Source: an uncultured Candidatus Saccharibacteria bacterium
GTDB taxonomy: Bacteria; Patescibacteriota; Minisyncoccia; Minisyncoccales; GWA2-38-27
Length of the DNA stretch: 64,000 nt
NCBI GenBank assembly: GCA_964583485.1
Contig: CAZOVC010000001.1
Coordinates: forward strand, 347 to 64,346
Reading direction: 5' to 3'
In this document: piece after piece, positions 9,056-16,472 of the stretch
Layout of the letters: every line of letters starts with the position of its first letter
Numbering within the stretch: position 1 is the first letter of the stretch
Program-made: the position numbers and the translations under genes
The notes under the pieces: model-generated
What the model was told of the DNA's origin: nothing
Databases searched by the model: none
What the model saw: the letters and a program-made list of their open reading frames with translations, nothing else

Positions 9056-9397
9056 ATGCAAAATTTAGATCAAATTCAAAATGAGGCGCCGATTCTAAAA
9101 AAGACTGTTGATCTTTATAAAGAGTATTATCTGTGTCTCAAAACGTTTCCTAAAAAAGATCAATACATGCTAGGCAAAAAATGCGAAGAATATATTGTGT
9201 CTTTTATGGAATTAATTTTATCAGCAGTCAGCTCTTATAAGCAAGAGAAGAAAAATAAACTTTTAGAAGCAAACAATAAATTTGACGTTCTAAAAGTTAT
9301 GATTAGAATGGCCAGAGAGCTGAAGATGATTGATAATAAAAAATACTTAAAACTGGAAGGTCAAATACAAGAAATTGGGCGAATGCTTGGTGGTTGA
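9056..9397 (+). CDS. avd: Avd-like four-helix-bundle accessory protein
   Basis: 113 aa. FPKKDQYMLGKK...EIGRMLGG resembles the Avd / 23S-rRNA-IVS protein family. It abuts the RT start codon head-to-head. Confidence 0.8.
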   Translation: MQNLDQIQNEAPILKKTVDLYKEYYLCLKTFPKKDQYMLGKKCEEYIVSFMELILSAVSSYKQEKKNKLLEANNKFDVLKVMIRMARELKMIDNKKYLKLEGQIQEIGRMLGG

Positions 9398-9424
9398 ATT
9401 CGCTCTTTGGCTTAAAAGCAAAAA

Positions 9425-9448
9425 CGCCCGGAAGGACGTTTTTTGTTT
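9425..9448. terminator. Bidirectional terminator between avd and TR
   Basis: AACGCCC-GGAA-GGACGTT hairpin with T-runs on both strands. Confidence 0.6.
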
Positions 9449-9460
9449 GAATTTTAGAGG

Positions 9461-9582
9461 CTACGGCAGGAAGCGGAACCCCACTTGTCATTCGAGTTGT
9501 CGAAGTTGTTCCAGTTGAGCTTCGGCTTGTCGTCGTTGAGGTAGACATTCGGCACATTGTCGACGTGCTTGTAGCGGGAACC
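9461..9582 (-). repeat. DGR template region (TR), sense on the minus strand
   Basis: The minus-strand sequence is adenine-rich (AAC/AAT/GAC/AAG codons). It is identical to the VR except at adenines and one 3-nt gap. Confidence 0.9.
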
Positions 9583-9858
9583 GTAATTTTACTGATTTTC
9601 ATCCGTTGACACTGGAAGCAGAGGTTTACTGACTTAAAGTCTTATATACTCAAACTCCCTGTATTTAATCTGGTGGTAGTCAAAAAAACACCCACTCCAA
9701 AAACCAGTAAGTAGCATCTAAAATCTCTCTTGCACGCTCGCAGTAACCGTAATTACTACAATTCAGGCAATTATAGAGACTTAGGATTTCAGCGATTTTG
9801 AACCGTAATTCAAAATACAGTAGCCTACTTTCACTAACATCTTATCATTTTATCAGAC

Positions 9859-10032
9859 TTAATCAAGTTTTTTTACTTCAACTTCTGTTTTCTTTTTTAT
9901 TTCTAACTTGATCATTTTTCCACAATGAGGACAACGCATGGTGAACGAGGCTTCATCTTTGAATACGGCATTTTTAAAAAGAATATTAGTGCAATAAGGA
10001 CAATTACACTCAAGTAGTTTTTCTTTTTTCAT
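9859..10032 (-). CDS. Com-like zinc-finger protein (57 aa, below ORF-track cutoff)
   Basis: Hand translation MKKEKLLECNCPYCTNILFKNAVFKDEASFTMRCPHCGKMIKLEI... It follows the CxxC..LFK..RCPxC pattern of phage Mu Com. Confidence 0.55.
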   Translation of the reverse strand: MKKEKLLECNCPYCTNILFKNAVFKDEASFTMRCPHCGKMIKLEIKKKTEVEVKKLD

Positions 10033-10341
10033 ATGCCATGACTTTCAAGAAAGGTCCTCTATAACCAGCCCAATACTCCGATTAGGCTGGTAGAGAAGAC
10101 CCTTATTCTTTATCAGTATCGCTCTGATCATTTTCCTGAACGTCAATTGGTGTTTCTGACGAATCCTTTTCCTCACTTTTTTCTCCTTCCTCCTTAGGAA
10201 TTGGGTCTTGATTACGGAGTTCCTCACTCATAATTTTATTACCCGCCCTCTACGAGAATTTGATTTATTTATCTATCACATAAAAGGCATTAATTAATAA
10301 TCTCAATAGCTCGGGTTCGACCACATCCCAAACTTCTTGAT

Positions 10342-10914
10342 TCAAAATTGTTTCCTTTCTATCGGAATCCATTTTTGACCAGTCCACATGTGTTTCCTGC
10401 CTCCTACATCTTTGATCTTGACTCCGTCAATTGACATGCTTTCAGCTAAGATTGACTTCATATCCACAAAGTTTTCCACAGGCTTACGTTTCTTTTTAAT
10501 TAATTCTTGTTCTTTATTATTGTTAGTTGGTCTGTGTGATTGATCTGGGATATCCCTCTGACCGATCTGACGTTCACGCTGACCGACCTTATTTGAGTTC
10601 GGTCTATTTGACCGTTCTAACTTTAAGAGATAATAAATATTGTAATAACGCCTGCGTCCTTTTTTAATGAGCTTATATTTAATGAGCCGTTGGATACCTC
10701 TTTGAACGCTGGAAACACTTGAGCCTATTTGCTTGGCAATATGTCCATGAGAAGGAAAACAGACGCCCTGTTGATTGGCGTGCTTGGCTAGACAGTTATA
10801 TATCGCAATACCAATTGGTTTAATTTTTGGACCGTATTCGTCAATTACTACCTTACTGATCCAATACCAGTCACCATTCCTTAAATCACGAACTTGTATT
10901 TTTAAATCCTCCAT
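10342..10914 (-). CDS. Winged-helix/HTH protein, possible replication or regulatory factor of the element
   Basis: CFPSHGHIAKQIGSSVSSVQRGIQRLIKYKLI is an HTH-like segment, followed by a basic low-complexity linker. Start taken at MEDLKIQ. Confidence 0.5.
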   Translation of the reverse strand: MEDLKIQVRDLRNGDWYWISKVVIDEYGPKIKPIGIAIYNCLAKHANQQGVCFPSHGHIAKQIGSSVSSVQRGIQRLIKYKLIKKGRRRYYNIYYLLKLERSNRPNSNKVGQRERQIGQRDIPDQSHRPTNNNKEQELIKKKRKPVENFVDMKSILAESMSIDGVKIKDVGGRKHMWTGQKWIPIERKQF

Positions 10915-11162
10915 AGCAAAAAAATTGATCAAAAATGTGATCGCACCTCATCCCTTTTCTCGACACAGAGACTTAAATGGTCAAGAAAAGGATGGGATGC
11001 CATCATGTTTATTTTTTCCTGGCCAACTCTTTATCAATGTTCTCAAATGCTATTTTGACACTATCTCTGGTTATTGGATTTTTAAGATCATTGGCACTGA
11101 AGCTCTCGACTATCTTTAACCGCCTTTCGATTAGATCCTCCCGGGTTAACTTTTGAACGTCT

Positions 11163-11372
11163 TTAGTTAGCTTCTAAGCATTGTTCTTGTTGTTTGGTTC
11201 GTTCCTCATAATTAAGGTGGTCTATATGGTCGATAAGAGTAAAAGCCATCCTTTTAAAGCTAAGATGGACACGCCATAATTCTTGGCGGGTCGGTTCACG
11301 CCCCAGAACTTCAACCAGAGAATCTCTGGCCAAATCCATGAGCTTTTGCTCATCACGACTGACTTTAGACAT
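11163..11372 (-). CDS. Hypothetical protein
   Basis: ORF only. It sits in the leftward operon downstream of the Cro-like gene. Confidence 0.35.
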   Translation of the reverse strand: MSKVSRDEQKLMDLARDSLVEVLGREPTRQELWRVHLSFKRMAFTLIDHIDHLNYEERTKQQEQCLEAN

Positions 11373-11454
11373 GTGTTAATCTTGAAATAAGATTTGACCT
11401 CACACATGATGACCTCACACTTTATTTTTTCTTTATAATTTCTTTATAAATAAT

Positions 11455-11472
11455 TTAAGTATTTTTACTTAA
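11455..11472. promoter_or_regulatory. Operator-like palindrome TTAAGTA-N4-TACTTAA (copy 1)
   Basis: Same 18-bp palindrome as 11716-11733. Confidence 0.45.
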
Positions 11473-11475
11473 CTA

Positions 11476-11682
11476 TCAAGGTAAAAAAATATGCTCTACC
11501 CTGCATCCAAGAGCAAGAGCAATTCTTTGAGCAGTTTCAAGACTCGGTTTCTTTTTTCCTGTCTCATAGCGACTGATAACCGTGTTATGCTTAAAACCCA
11601 ATATCCTGGCCAACTGATATTGAGTGAGTCCTTGTTTGATTCTTATTTCTCTTAGTTTGATGTTGTTTGGAGTTTTACGCAT
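11476..11682 (-). CDS. XRE/Cro-type HTH regulator
   Basis: LREIRIKQGLTQYQLARILGFKHNTVISRYETGKKKPS is a canonical HTH_3 segment. Divergent from the CI-like gene. Confidence 0.8.
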   Translation of the reverse strand: MRKTPNNIKLREIRIKQGLTQYQLARILGFKHNTVISRYETGKKKPSLETAQRIALALGCRVEHIFLP

Positions 11683-11714
11683 AGAGTTGTCATTAATTAG
11701 ACCTCTATAGTCAT

Positions 11715-11734
11715 ATTAAGTAATTTTACTTAAT
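11715..11734. promoter_or_regulatory. Operator-like palindrome ATTAAGTA-N4-TACTTAAT (copy 2) in the CI/Cro intergenic region
   Basis: Perfect 8+4+8 palindrome. A degenerate third copy lies at about 11757-11775. Confidence 0.5.
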
Positions 11735-11815
11735 AAGTCAAATACGGTATTGTGGATAAAGTAATTTTCCTTAATCTTTACATTTTTTCCTTAATATATT
11801 ACAATGGATATATAA

Positions 11816-12568
11816 GTGGATAATCCAAATATGACATTAAGTGCATATCTCAAAAATCAACGTGAACTTAAAGAGCTTAAGGTTAAAGATATCGCAGATC
11901 GCCTTAAGGTCTCTTCGAGTTATATAAGCCAGCTGGAAAGAGGGGCGTGTTTCCCTTCTAAGAAACAGTTGGTTTCTTTAGCTAAAGCCTATGACGTTAA
12001 AGAGGACGAATTAATTAAAAGATGGGCTGAGGCCAAAATAAATAAGGTTGGCATTGACACTGATTATAAATTCGATATCAAAGGCATGGGCAATAATGAT
12101 GCTGTTAAGGTTGCTCAAAAACTTGAGCAAAGTTTGGACGAATTTAAAAAAATCAATTCAAAAAAACAAACCAAAATGGAAGAAGAATTTTTAGAGGTTC
12201 CTGTTCTAAATGGATTACCCGCCAAAGATATCGACAAAAAATGTAGTTTGTCTCAAGAGTCTGTAGCATTACCTCGTATGTTTATCAATGACAGCCACAG
12301 AATGTGTGCTATTAGAATACTTAATGATGTAATAGAAGAGATGGGGATAGTTTCTGGGGATATTCTTATAATCGACAGGGATGCAAAAATTCATAATGGC
12401 GATATTGTTTTGTTTGAGGCCCCGGAAGGCGTCTCAGTTAGATATTATCAAAAACGCAGAGAACGAATAGAATTTCGACCAGACTCAAAGAAGTTCAAAA
12501 AAATGTATAAGCCAATAGATGTCGATATTATTGGCAGGTTAATTTATCATGTTAAAAAATATAATTGA
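11816..12568 (+). CDS. CI/LexA-like repressor (N-terminal XRE HTH + C-terminal S24 peptidase-like domain)
   Basis: HTH segment LKVKDIADRLKVSSSYISQLERG. The C-terminal GDILIIDRDAKIHNGDIVLF..IGRLIYHVK resembles the S24 autocleavage domain. Confidence 0.75.
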   Translation: MDNPNMTLSAYLKNQRELKELKVKDIADRLKVSSSYISQLERGACFPSKKQLVSLAKAYDVKEDELIKRWAEAKINKVGIDTDYKFDIKGMGNNDAVKVAQKLEQSLDEFKKINSKKQTKMEEEFLEVPVLNGLPAKDIDKKCSLSQESVALPRMFINDSHRMCAIRILNDVIEEMGIVSGDILIIDRDAKIHNGDIVLFEAPEGVSVRYYQKRRERIEFRPDSKKFKKMYKPIDVDIIGRLIYHVKKYN

Positions 12569-12596
12569 TAAATATTTAAAAAATAAAAACGGAAAT

Positions 12597-12633
12597 GGGG
12601 CTCTCAATTTTTTTGAGAGCCCCCGCTGTTTTT
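12597..12633 (+). terminator. Hairpin after the CI-like gene
   Basis: GGGGCTCTC-loop-GAGAGCCCC followed, after 5 nt, by T5. Confidence 0.45.
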
Positions 12634-12649
12634 AATAATAAATGGGTCT

Positions 12650-14359
12650 ATGAATTATTTAATCTACGCAAGGGTCTCAACGACCAAACAAGCGGAACGG
12701 GAACTAAGTATTCCTGCTCAGGTAAAGGCTTGTCACAAATTTGCCACCGAACATGGTTGGCATTTCCTCGAGGGTGGAGTTTATGAGGAAAAAGGCGAAT
12801 CAGCCAGAACCGCTAATCGCCCAAAACTTCAAGAAATGCTACACCGATCAAAAACAGATTCAAAGGTTGATGTTGTTATAATCCACAAATTGGATCGTCT
12901 GTGCAGAAATGTGGCCGATTATGGTGCTATTAAAATCATGCTTAAAAAGCACGATGTGAAGATGGTTTCGGCTGTTGAACAATTCGATGAGTCTTTTTCA
13001 GGAGAGTTGGTCGAGAATATTATGGCATCTATTGCTCAATGGACTTCTCAGAATATATCTTGGGAAGTTAAAAAGGGATTAAGAGAATCGGCGGAACGTG
13101 GACGTTTTCCCGGGGTTGCACCTATTGGATATCTGAATGATAAAAAAAGCAAACTACTCAAGGTTGATGAGGGAAAGGCATCTTATATTAAATTGGCTTT
13201 TGAGTTCTACTCTACAGGTAAATATTCTTATGAGTCTTTGGCCGAAGAAATGGCAAAAAGAGGATTAAGGAGTCGCAATAAAAAACTTGTTGGCAGAAAA
13301 TCAATTGAGCATATACTTAAAAATCCGCTTTATTACGGATTGATAAAAAGACAGGGTGTCACAGCTCAAGCAGACTTTCCGCCACTTATTTCTAAAAAAT
13401 TATTTGATGATGTTCAAGAAATTATGGCACAGCATAGTCATTATGCAGATCGATCCAGAAAACATCTTTTTCCTCTCTCTGGATTGATTCGTTGTGCTAA
13501 TTGCGGATCAATGCTTTGTGGCCAAGTTCAAAAAGGACATTTGTATTATGCTTGCAGTCGACGTAAGGATAAAAAATGCAAAGAGAAATATATTAGAAGC
13601 GAAGAAGTAGAAAAGGATGTTATGAAGTATTTAGCACACGCAGAATTGCCTCCCAAATTAAAAAAGACTCTTGACGCCTATTTTGAATATTATGCTAAAG
13701 AACGTATTGAGCATGAAGACAAAGAACGCAAAAGTATAAAACGTGAGTTATCTAAAGTTCAGCAACAACTTCACAATCTTGTTATAGATCGCTCTAAGAG
13801 GATTATTGACTCTGATGCATTCCTTAAGGTGCAGGACGACTTACTGCGTGATAAGGAGTCATTTCAGGACAGATTAGGAGACTTAGAAATCAGATCAGAC
13901 AAGTTCGTTCAAAAACTAAATGAAATAATGGATTTCACAACCCATGCTGATAAGGTGTATATGCAGAGTGGACTATATCAAAAAAGAACGGTTCTGAAGC
14001 TGTGCTTTGATGGCTTTACAGCTAAAAACCAAAAACTGATGCCCATCTGGACACCAGTCTTTAATATCATATTAGACCTTAACAATTCTAAGGTTCAAAC
14101 ATGGAAATCTGGCGGAGGAGGAAGGATTCGAACCTTCGATGGCTTTCGCCATAGCAGTTTTCGAAACTGCCCGATTAAACCACTCTCGCACTCCTCCGTA
14201 TCTCATAACCTGCTATTCCAAAGGCAACTGCCACGTTTAAAGATTCTTTTTTGCCAAACATTGGCAAAGAAATTATTTTATCTGCTCTTTTTAAAACAGA
14301 AGAAGAAATTCCTTTTACTTCATTTCCTATCACTAAAGCCAAAGGAAACTTTGGCTTAA
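12650..14359 (+). CDS. Large serine recombinase (integrase); the ORF runs through attR into host sequence
   Basis: N-terminal resolvase domain YARVSTTKQ (catalytic Ser), recombinase domain, zinc ribbon CANCGS..YYACSRR, coiled coil. No stop before attR at 14106. The tail GGGGRIRTFDG is the antisense of the tRNA-Ser T arm. Confidence 0.9.
   Translation: MNYLIYARVSTTKQAERELSIPAQVKACHKFATEHGWHFLEGGVYEEKGESARTANRPKLQEMLHRSKTDSKVDVVIIHKLDRLCRNVADYGAIKIMLKKHDVKMVSAVEQFDESFSGELVENIMASIAQWTSQNISWEVKKGLRESAERGRFPGVAPIGYLNDKKSKLLKVDEGKASYIKLAFEFYSTGKYSYESLAEEMAKRGLRSRNKKLVGRKSIEHILKNPLYYGLIKRQGVTAQADFPPLISKKLFDDVQEIMAQHSHYADRSRKHLFPLSGLIRCANCGSMLCGQVQKGHLYYACSRRKDKKCKEKYIRSEEVEKDVMKYLAHAELPPKLKKTLDAYFEYYAKERIEHEDKERKSIKRELSKVQQQLHNLVIDRSKRIIDSDAFLKVQDDLLRDKESFQDRLGDLEIRSDKFVQKLNEIMDFTTHADKVYMQSGLYQKRTVLKLCFDGFTAKNQKLMPIWTPVFNIILDLNNSKVQTWKSGGGGRIRTFDGFRHSSFRNCPIKPLSHSSVSHNLLFQRQLPRLKILFCQTLAKKLFYLLFLKQKKKFLLLHFLSLKPKETLA
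14106..14115. repeat. attR core AATCTGGCGG
   Basis: Covers the CCA end, the discriminator and the last acceptor bases of tRNA-Ser. Identical to 6635-6644. Confidence 0.65.
14110..14197 (-). tRNA. tRNA-Ser(CGA), type II, CCA encoded
   Basis: Reverse complement: acceptor GGAGGAG/CTCCTCC, anticodon stem GCAGT/ACTGC with loop TTCGAAA, variable arm TATGGCGAAAGCCATC, T arm GAAGG-TTCGAAT-CCTTC. Confidence 0.85.
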
Positions 14360-14645
14360 ATTTAGTATAAACTATACTATTTCTTGTTTGCTCTAAAGCA
14401 ACAATAAAGACATTTTCTTTTTTTAATTTATCTATAACTTGCCGGGTTTTTCCGCAATGCTCCCAAGCAATCCATTTTTCCGCGCCAAGCGCAGTTTTGG
14501 AAATTTTCTGATGAGGCGGCTGGCCGCAAATTCCGCAAAGAAAAATCTTATCAACTCTTAATGCATCTGCAGTCCTAAAAATAGAACCAATATTCTCCAA
14601 ACTCCGTATATTATCACAAATCACATAAAAAGGCGACTTTTTCAT
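14175..14645 (-). CDS. SpoU/TrmH-family RNA 2'-O-methyltransferase
   Basis: ENIGSIFRTADA, GNEVKGIS, SLNVAVAFGI motifs. The 3' end overlaps the tRNA-Ser 5' part by 23 nt. Confidence 0.8.
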   Translation of the reverse strand: MKKSPFYVICDNIRSLENIGSIFRTADALRVDKIFLCGICGQPPHQKISKTALGAEKWIAWEHCGKTRQVIDKLKKENVFIVALEQTRNSIVYTKFKPKFPLALVIGNEVKGISSSVLKRADKIISLPMFGKKESLNVAVAFGIAGYEIRRSARVV

Positions 14646-14676
14646 CTTTATCTAATTCTATCAAAAAACTGGCTTT

Positions 14677-15630
14677 TCAGCCAGTTCGTGATACTCTGGT
14701 TAAACCAGAGCAAGGGATGATTTCTATGCCTTGTTTTTCTAACTCGTCTAAAAATAGATTGATTCCTAAAGAATCGGAAGAGATGTGGCCGGCGATAACT
14801 ACATTAATGTTGGATTCTTCAGCCTGTTTTTTATGTTCTTCTGAAACATGCATGCCTATAACTGTTCCGATGCCAGCTTGAGCCATTTTTTCGTAAAGCT
14901 TCGGAGTACTCTCGGTCCCGCCGGTAATTTCAGTTAAAGCAATTTTCCCGCATCTATTTTCTGGAACCCCGACAAAAATTTTTGGCCCGGCTCCAATTTT
15001 CATTGCCTCTTTATATTCGGGAATTTCTTTTAATAAATCCATTAATTCTCCAATTCTTTCCGGGCTTTTTTCTTCTATCAGGTTTTTTAGAAACTTAGCG
15101 GCTAAATTGTCGCAAGGAGTATGAGAGTTTATTAAATTTATTTTTAAAAGTTTAGCGGTATCAACGGTTCTTTGATGATTTAACTTATTCACTCCTCTGG
15201 CCACTTCATCGATTCTCTCTCGCATTAAACCCTCGGCAATATTGATTGGCACGCCATAGAAATTTAAAACATCGCTTTGCAAATCCATTACATCTGCTAA
15301 ATGAGCCAACCCCTTGCCAACGGGATGATGCCCAATAATCAAATCAATATCTCCAATTTCTTTTGCCATTAAAACTTCAGCTGGTTCAATATCAACACCA
15401 ACTAAAACCTTTCTAATATCTTTATCATCAGCAATATGATAAATTCTTGAATCTAAATATGGGTTTTCCAATGCCTCTTTATCAAACTCTTGTTTTTCTT
15501 TTTCATCCATTTTCTCGTATTGCTTTCTTTTATTCTCTAAAAACTTTCTAATGCCTTCTTCTCCACGAAAATCTGCCTTAATCCCCATTTGAATTGCTAA
15601 ATTGTAAATCTCTTTTATTTTCACCCCCAC
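14677..15630 (-). CDS. NIF3-like dinuclear-metal-centre protein
   Basis: DLIIGHHP and GHISSD-type His clusters. The assignment is tentative. Confidence 0.5.
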   Translation of the reverse strand: MGVKIKEIYNLAIQMGIKADFRGEEGIRKFLENKRKQYEKMDEKEKQEFDKEALENPYLDSRIYHIADDKDIRKVLVGVDIEPAEVLMAKEIGDIDLIIGHHPVGKGLAHLADVMDLQSDVLNFYGVPINIAEGLMRERIDEVARGVNKLNHQRTVDTAKLLKINLINSHTPCDNLAAKFLKNLIEEKSPERIGELMDLLKEIPEYKEAMKIGAGPKIFVGVPENRCGKIALTEITGGTESTPKLYEKMAQAGIGTVIGMHVSEEHKKQAEESNINVVIAGHISSDSLGINLFLDELEKQGIEIIPCSGLTRVSRTG

Positions 15631-15905
15631 ACCAAACGAGTTTATTTCTTAAGATAAATTATATTTTAAGAATTTCACCCTTGGTTTATTATTTTTTACT
15701 ATCCCCCGCATCATTATCTATTTTTCTGGACGAAGTCCAAAGCTCGTTATGGTGTGAGGGTTCATATAATTTATTGATTAATTTCTCCTGTTCTTTAATA
15801 TCTAAAACCTGGCTCCGGATACGGGCTTTTTCTTTTCTAATAAATTTGCGCGATGACTTAGATATTTTCTTTTTTACCATAAAATACTTTACATTAAAAT
15901 GAAAT

Positions 15906-15941
15906 AAAAATCAACCTCGCCTTGGCGGGGATTGATTTTTT
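15906..15941 (-). terminator. Terminator after the DUF4870 gene
   Basis: AATCAATCCCCGCC-AAG-GCGAGGTTGATT hairpin plus a T-run on the minus strand. Confidence 0.7.
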
Positions 15942-15955
15942 AACTAAAAAATTTC

Positions 15956-16303
15956 TTAAAACTTAAACTTACCAGCTAATTTCCCGATTATTGGAAGAGG
16001 ATTTTGTTTTCCACCTAGAACGTTCACAATTCCAATAATAGAAAAGACAACCCAAACAACGTATAATATGGGGGCTCCAATCCAACCGAGAATCGGTATC
16101 CAGGCAACTAAAGTGGTGGCAATTTCAGCAATAAATAAAACTAATCCTTGTTTTGCGTGAAATTGAACAAAAGGTTTGTCTTTACTGACAAGCAAGGGAA
16201 TTAAGAAAAGAATACCGAAATAACTAAGAATTGCTATTAAATCTTTGTCTTGCTTCTGAACTGGGGTTTGAGGAGTTTGTCCATTCATCCCGTTAGAAAT
16301 CAT
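15956..16303 (-). CDS. DUF4870-like small membrane protein
   Basis: AILSYFGILFLIPLLVSKDKPFVQFHAKQGLVLF pattern, 3-4 TM segments. Confidence 0.6.
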   Translation of the reverse strand: MISNGMNGQTPQTPVQKQDKDLIAILSYFGILFLIPLLVSKDKPFVQFHAKQGLVLFIAEIATTLVAWIPILGWIGAPILYVVWVVFSIIGIVNVLGGKQNPLPIIGKLAGKFKF

Positions 16304-16430
16304 GAACCCTTGTAAAAATTACTGAAAACTTAGTAATTTCTAACGGGATTCATAATTTTAGAAAGTTAATTATTAAAACGAACGACCTTTATACTTTTGT
16401 ATAATTATATCATACTATTGTTAAAAAAAG

Positions 16431-16460
16431 AAAAACCTCGCATTAGCGAGGTTATTTTTT
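16431..16460 (-). terminator. Bidirectional terminator after the GH130-like gene
   Basis: AACCTCGC-ATTA-GCGAGGTT flanked by A- and T-runs. Confidence 0.7.
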
Positions 16461-16472
16461 ATATTTACTTAT

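Larger units (their letters stand above)
6635..14115. mobile_element. Integrated serine-integrase element carrying a DGR and a CI/Cro switch, inserted at the 3' end of tRNA-Ser(CGA)
   Basis: 10-bp direct repeat AATCTGGCGG at 6635-6644 and 14106-14115. The integrase is adjacent to attR. Joining the flanks rebuilds tRNA-Ser plus its terminator. Confidence 0.7.

Noticed and set aside
9303-9602. 99-aa minus-strand ORF rich in Ser/Thr (MKISKITVPATSTSTM...)
   Set aside because: It is an out-of-frame reading across the TR and the 3' end of avd. The region is explained by the TR repeat and the terminator.
10935-11160. Open frame on the minus strand encoding KDVQKLTREDLIERRLKIVESFSANDL... between two element genes
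   Set aside because: There is no ATG/GTG/TTG start after the upstream in-frame TAG, and it is out of frame with the preceding ORF. It could be a decayed gene or need a frameshift, but I cannot support a call.
11750-11758. Perfect DnaA box TGTGGATAA in the CI/Cro intergenic region
   Set aside because: It is a single isolated 9-mer in an AT-rich regulatory region of a mobile element. It is most likely chance or part of the degenerate operator.
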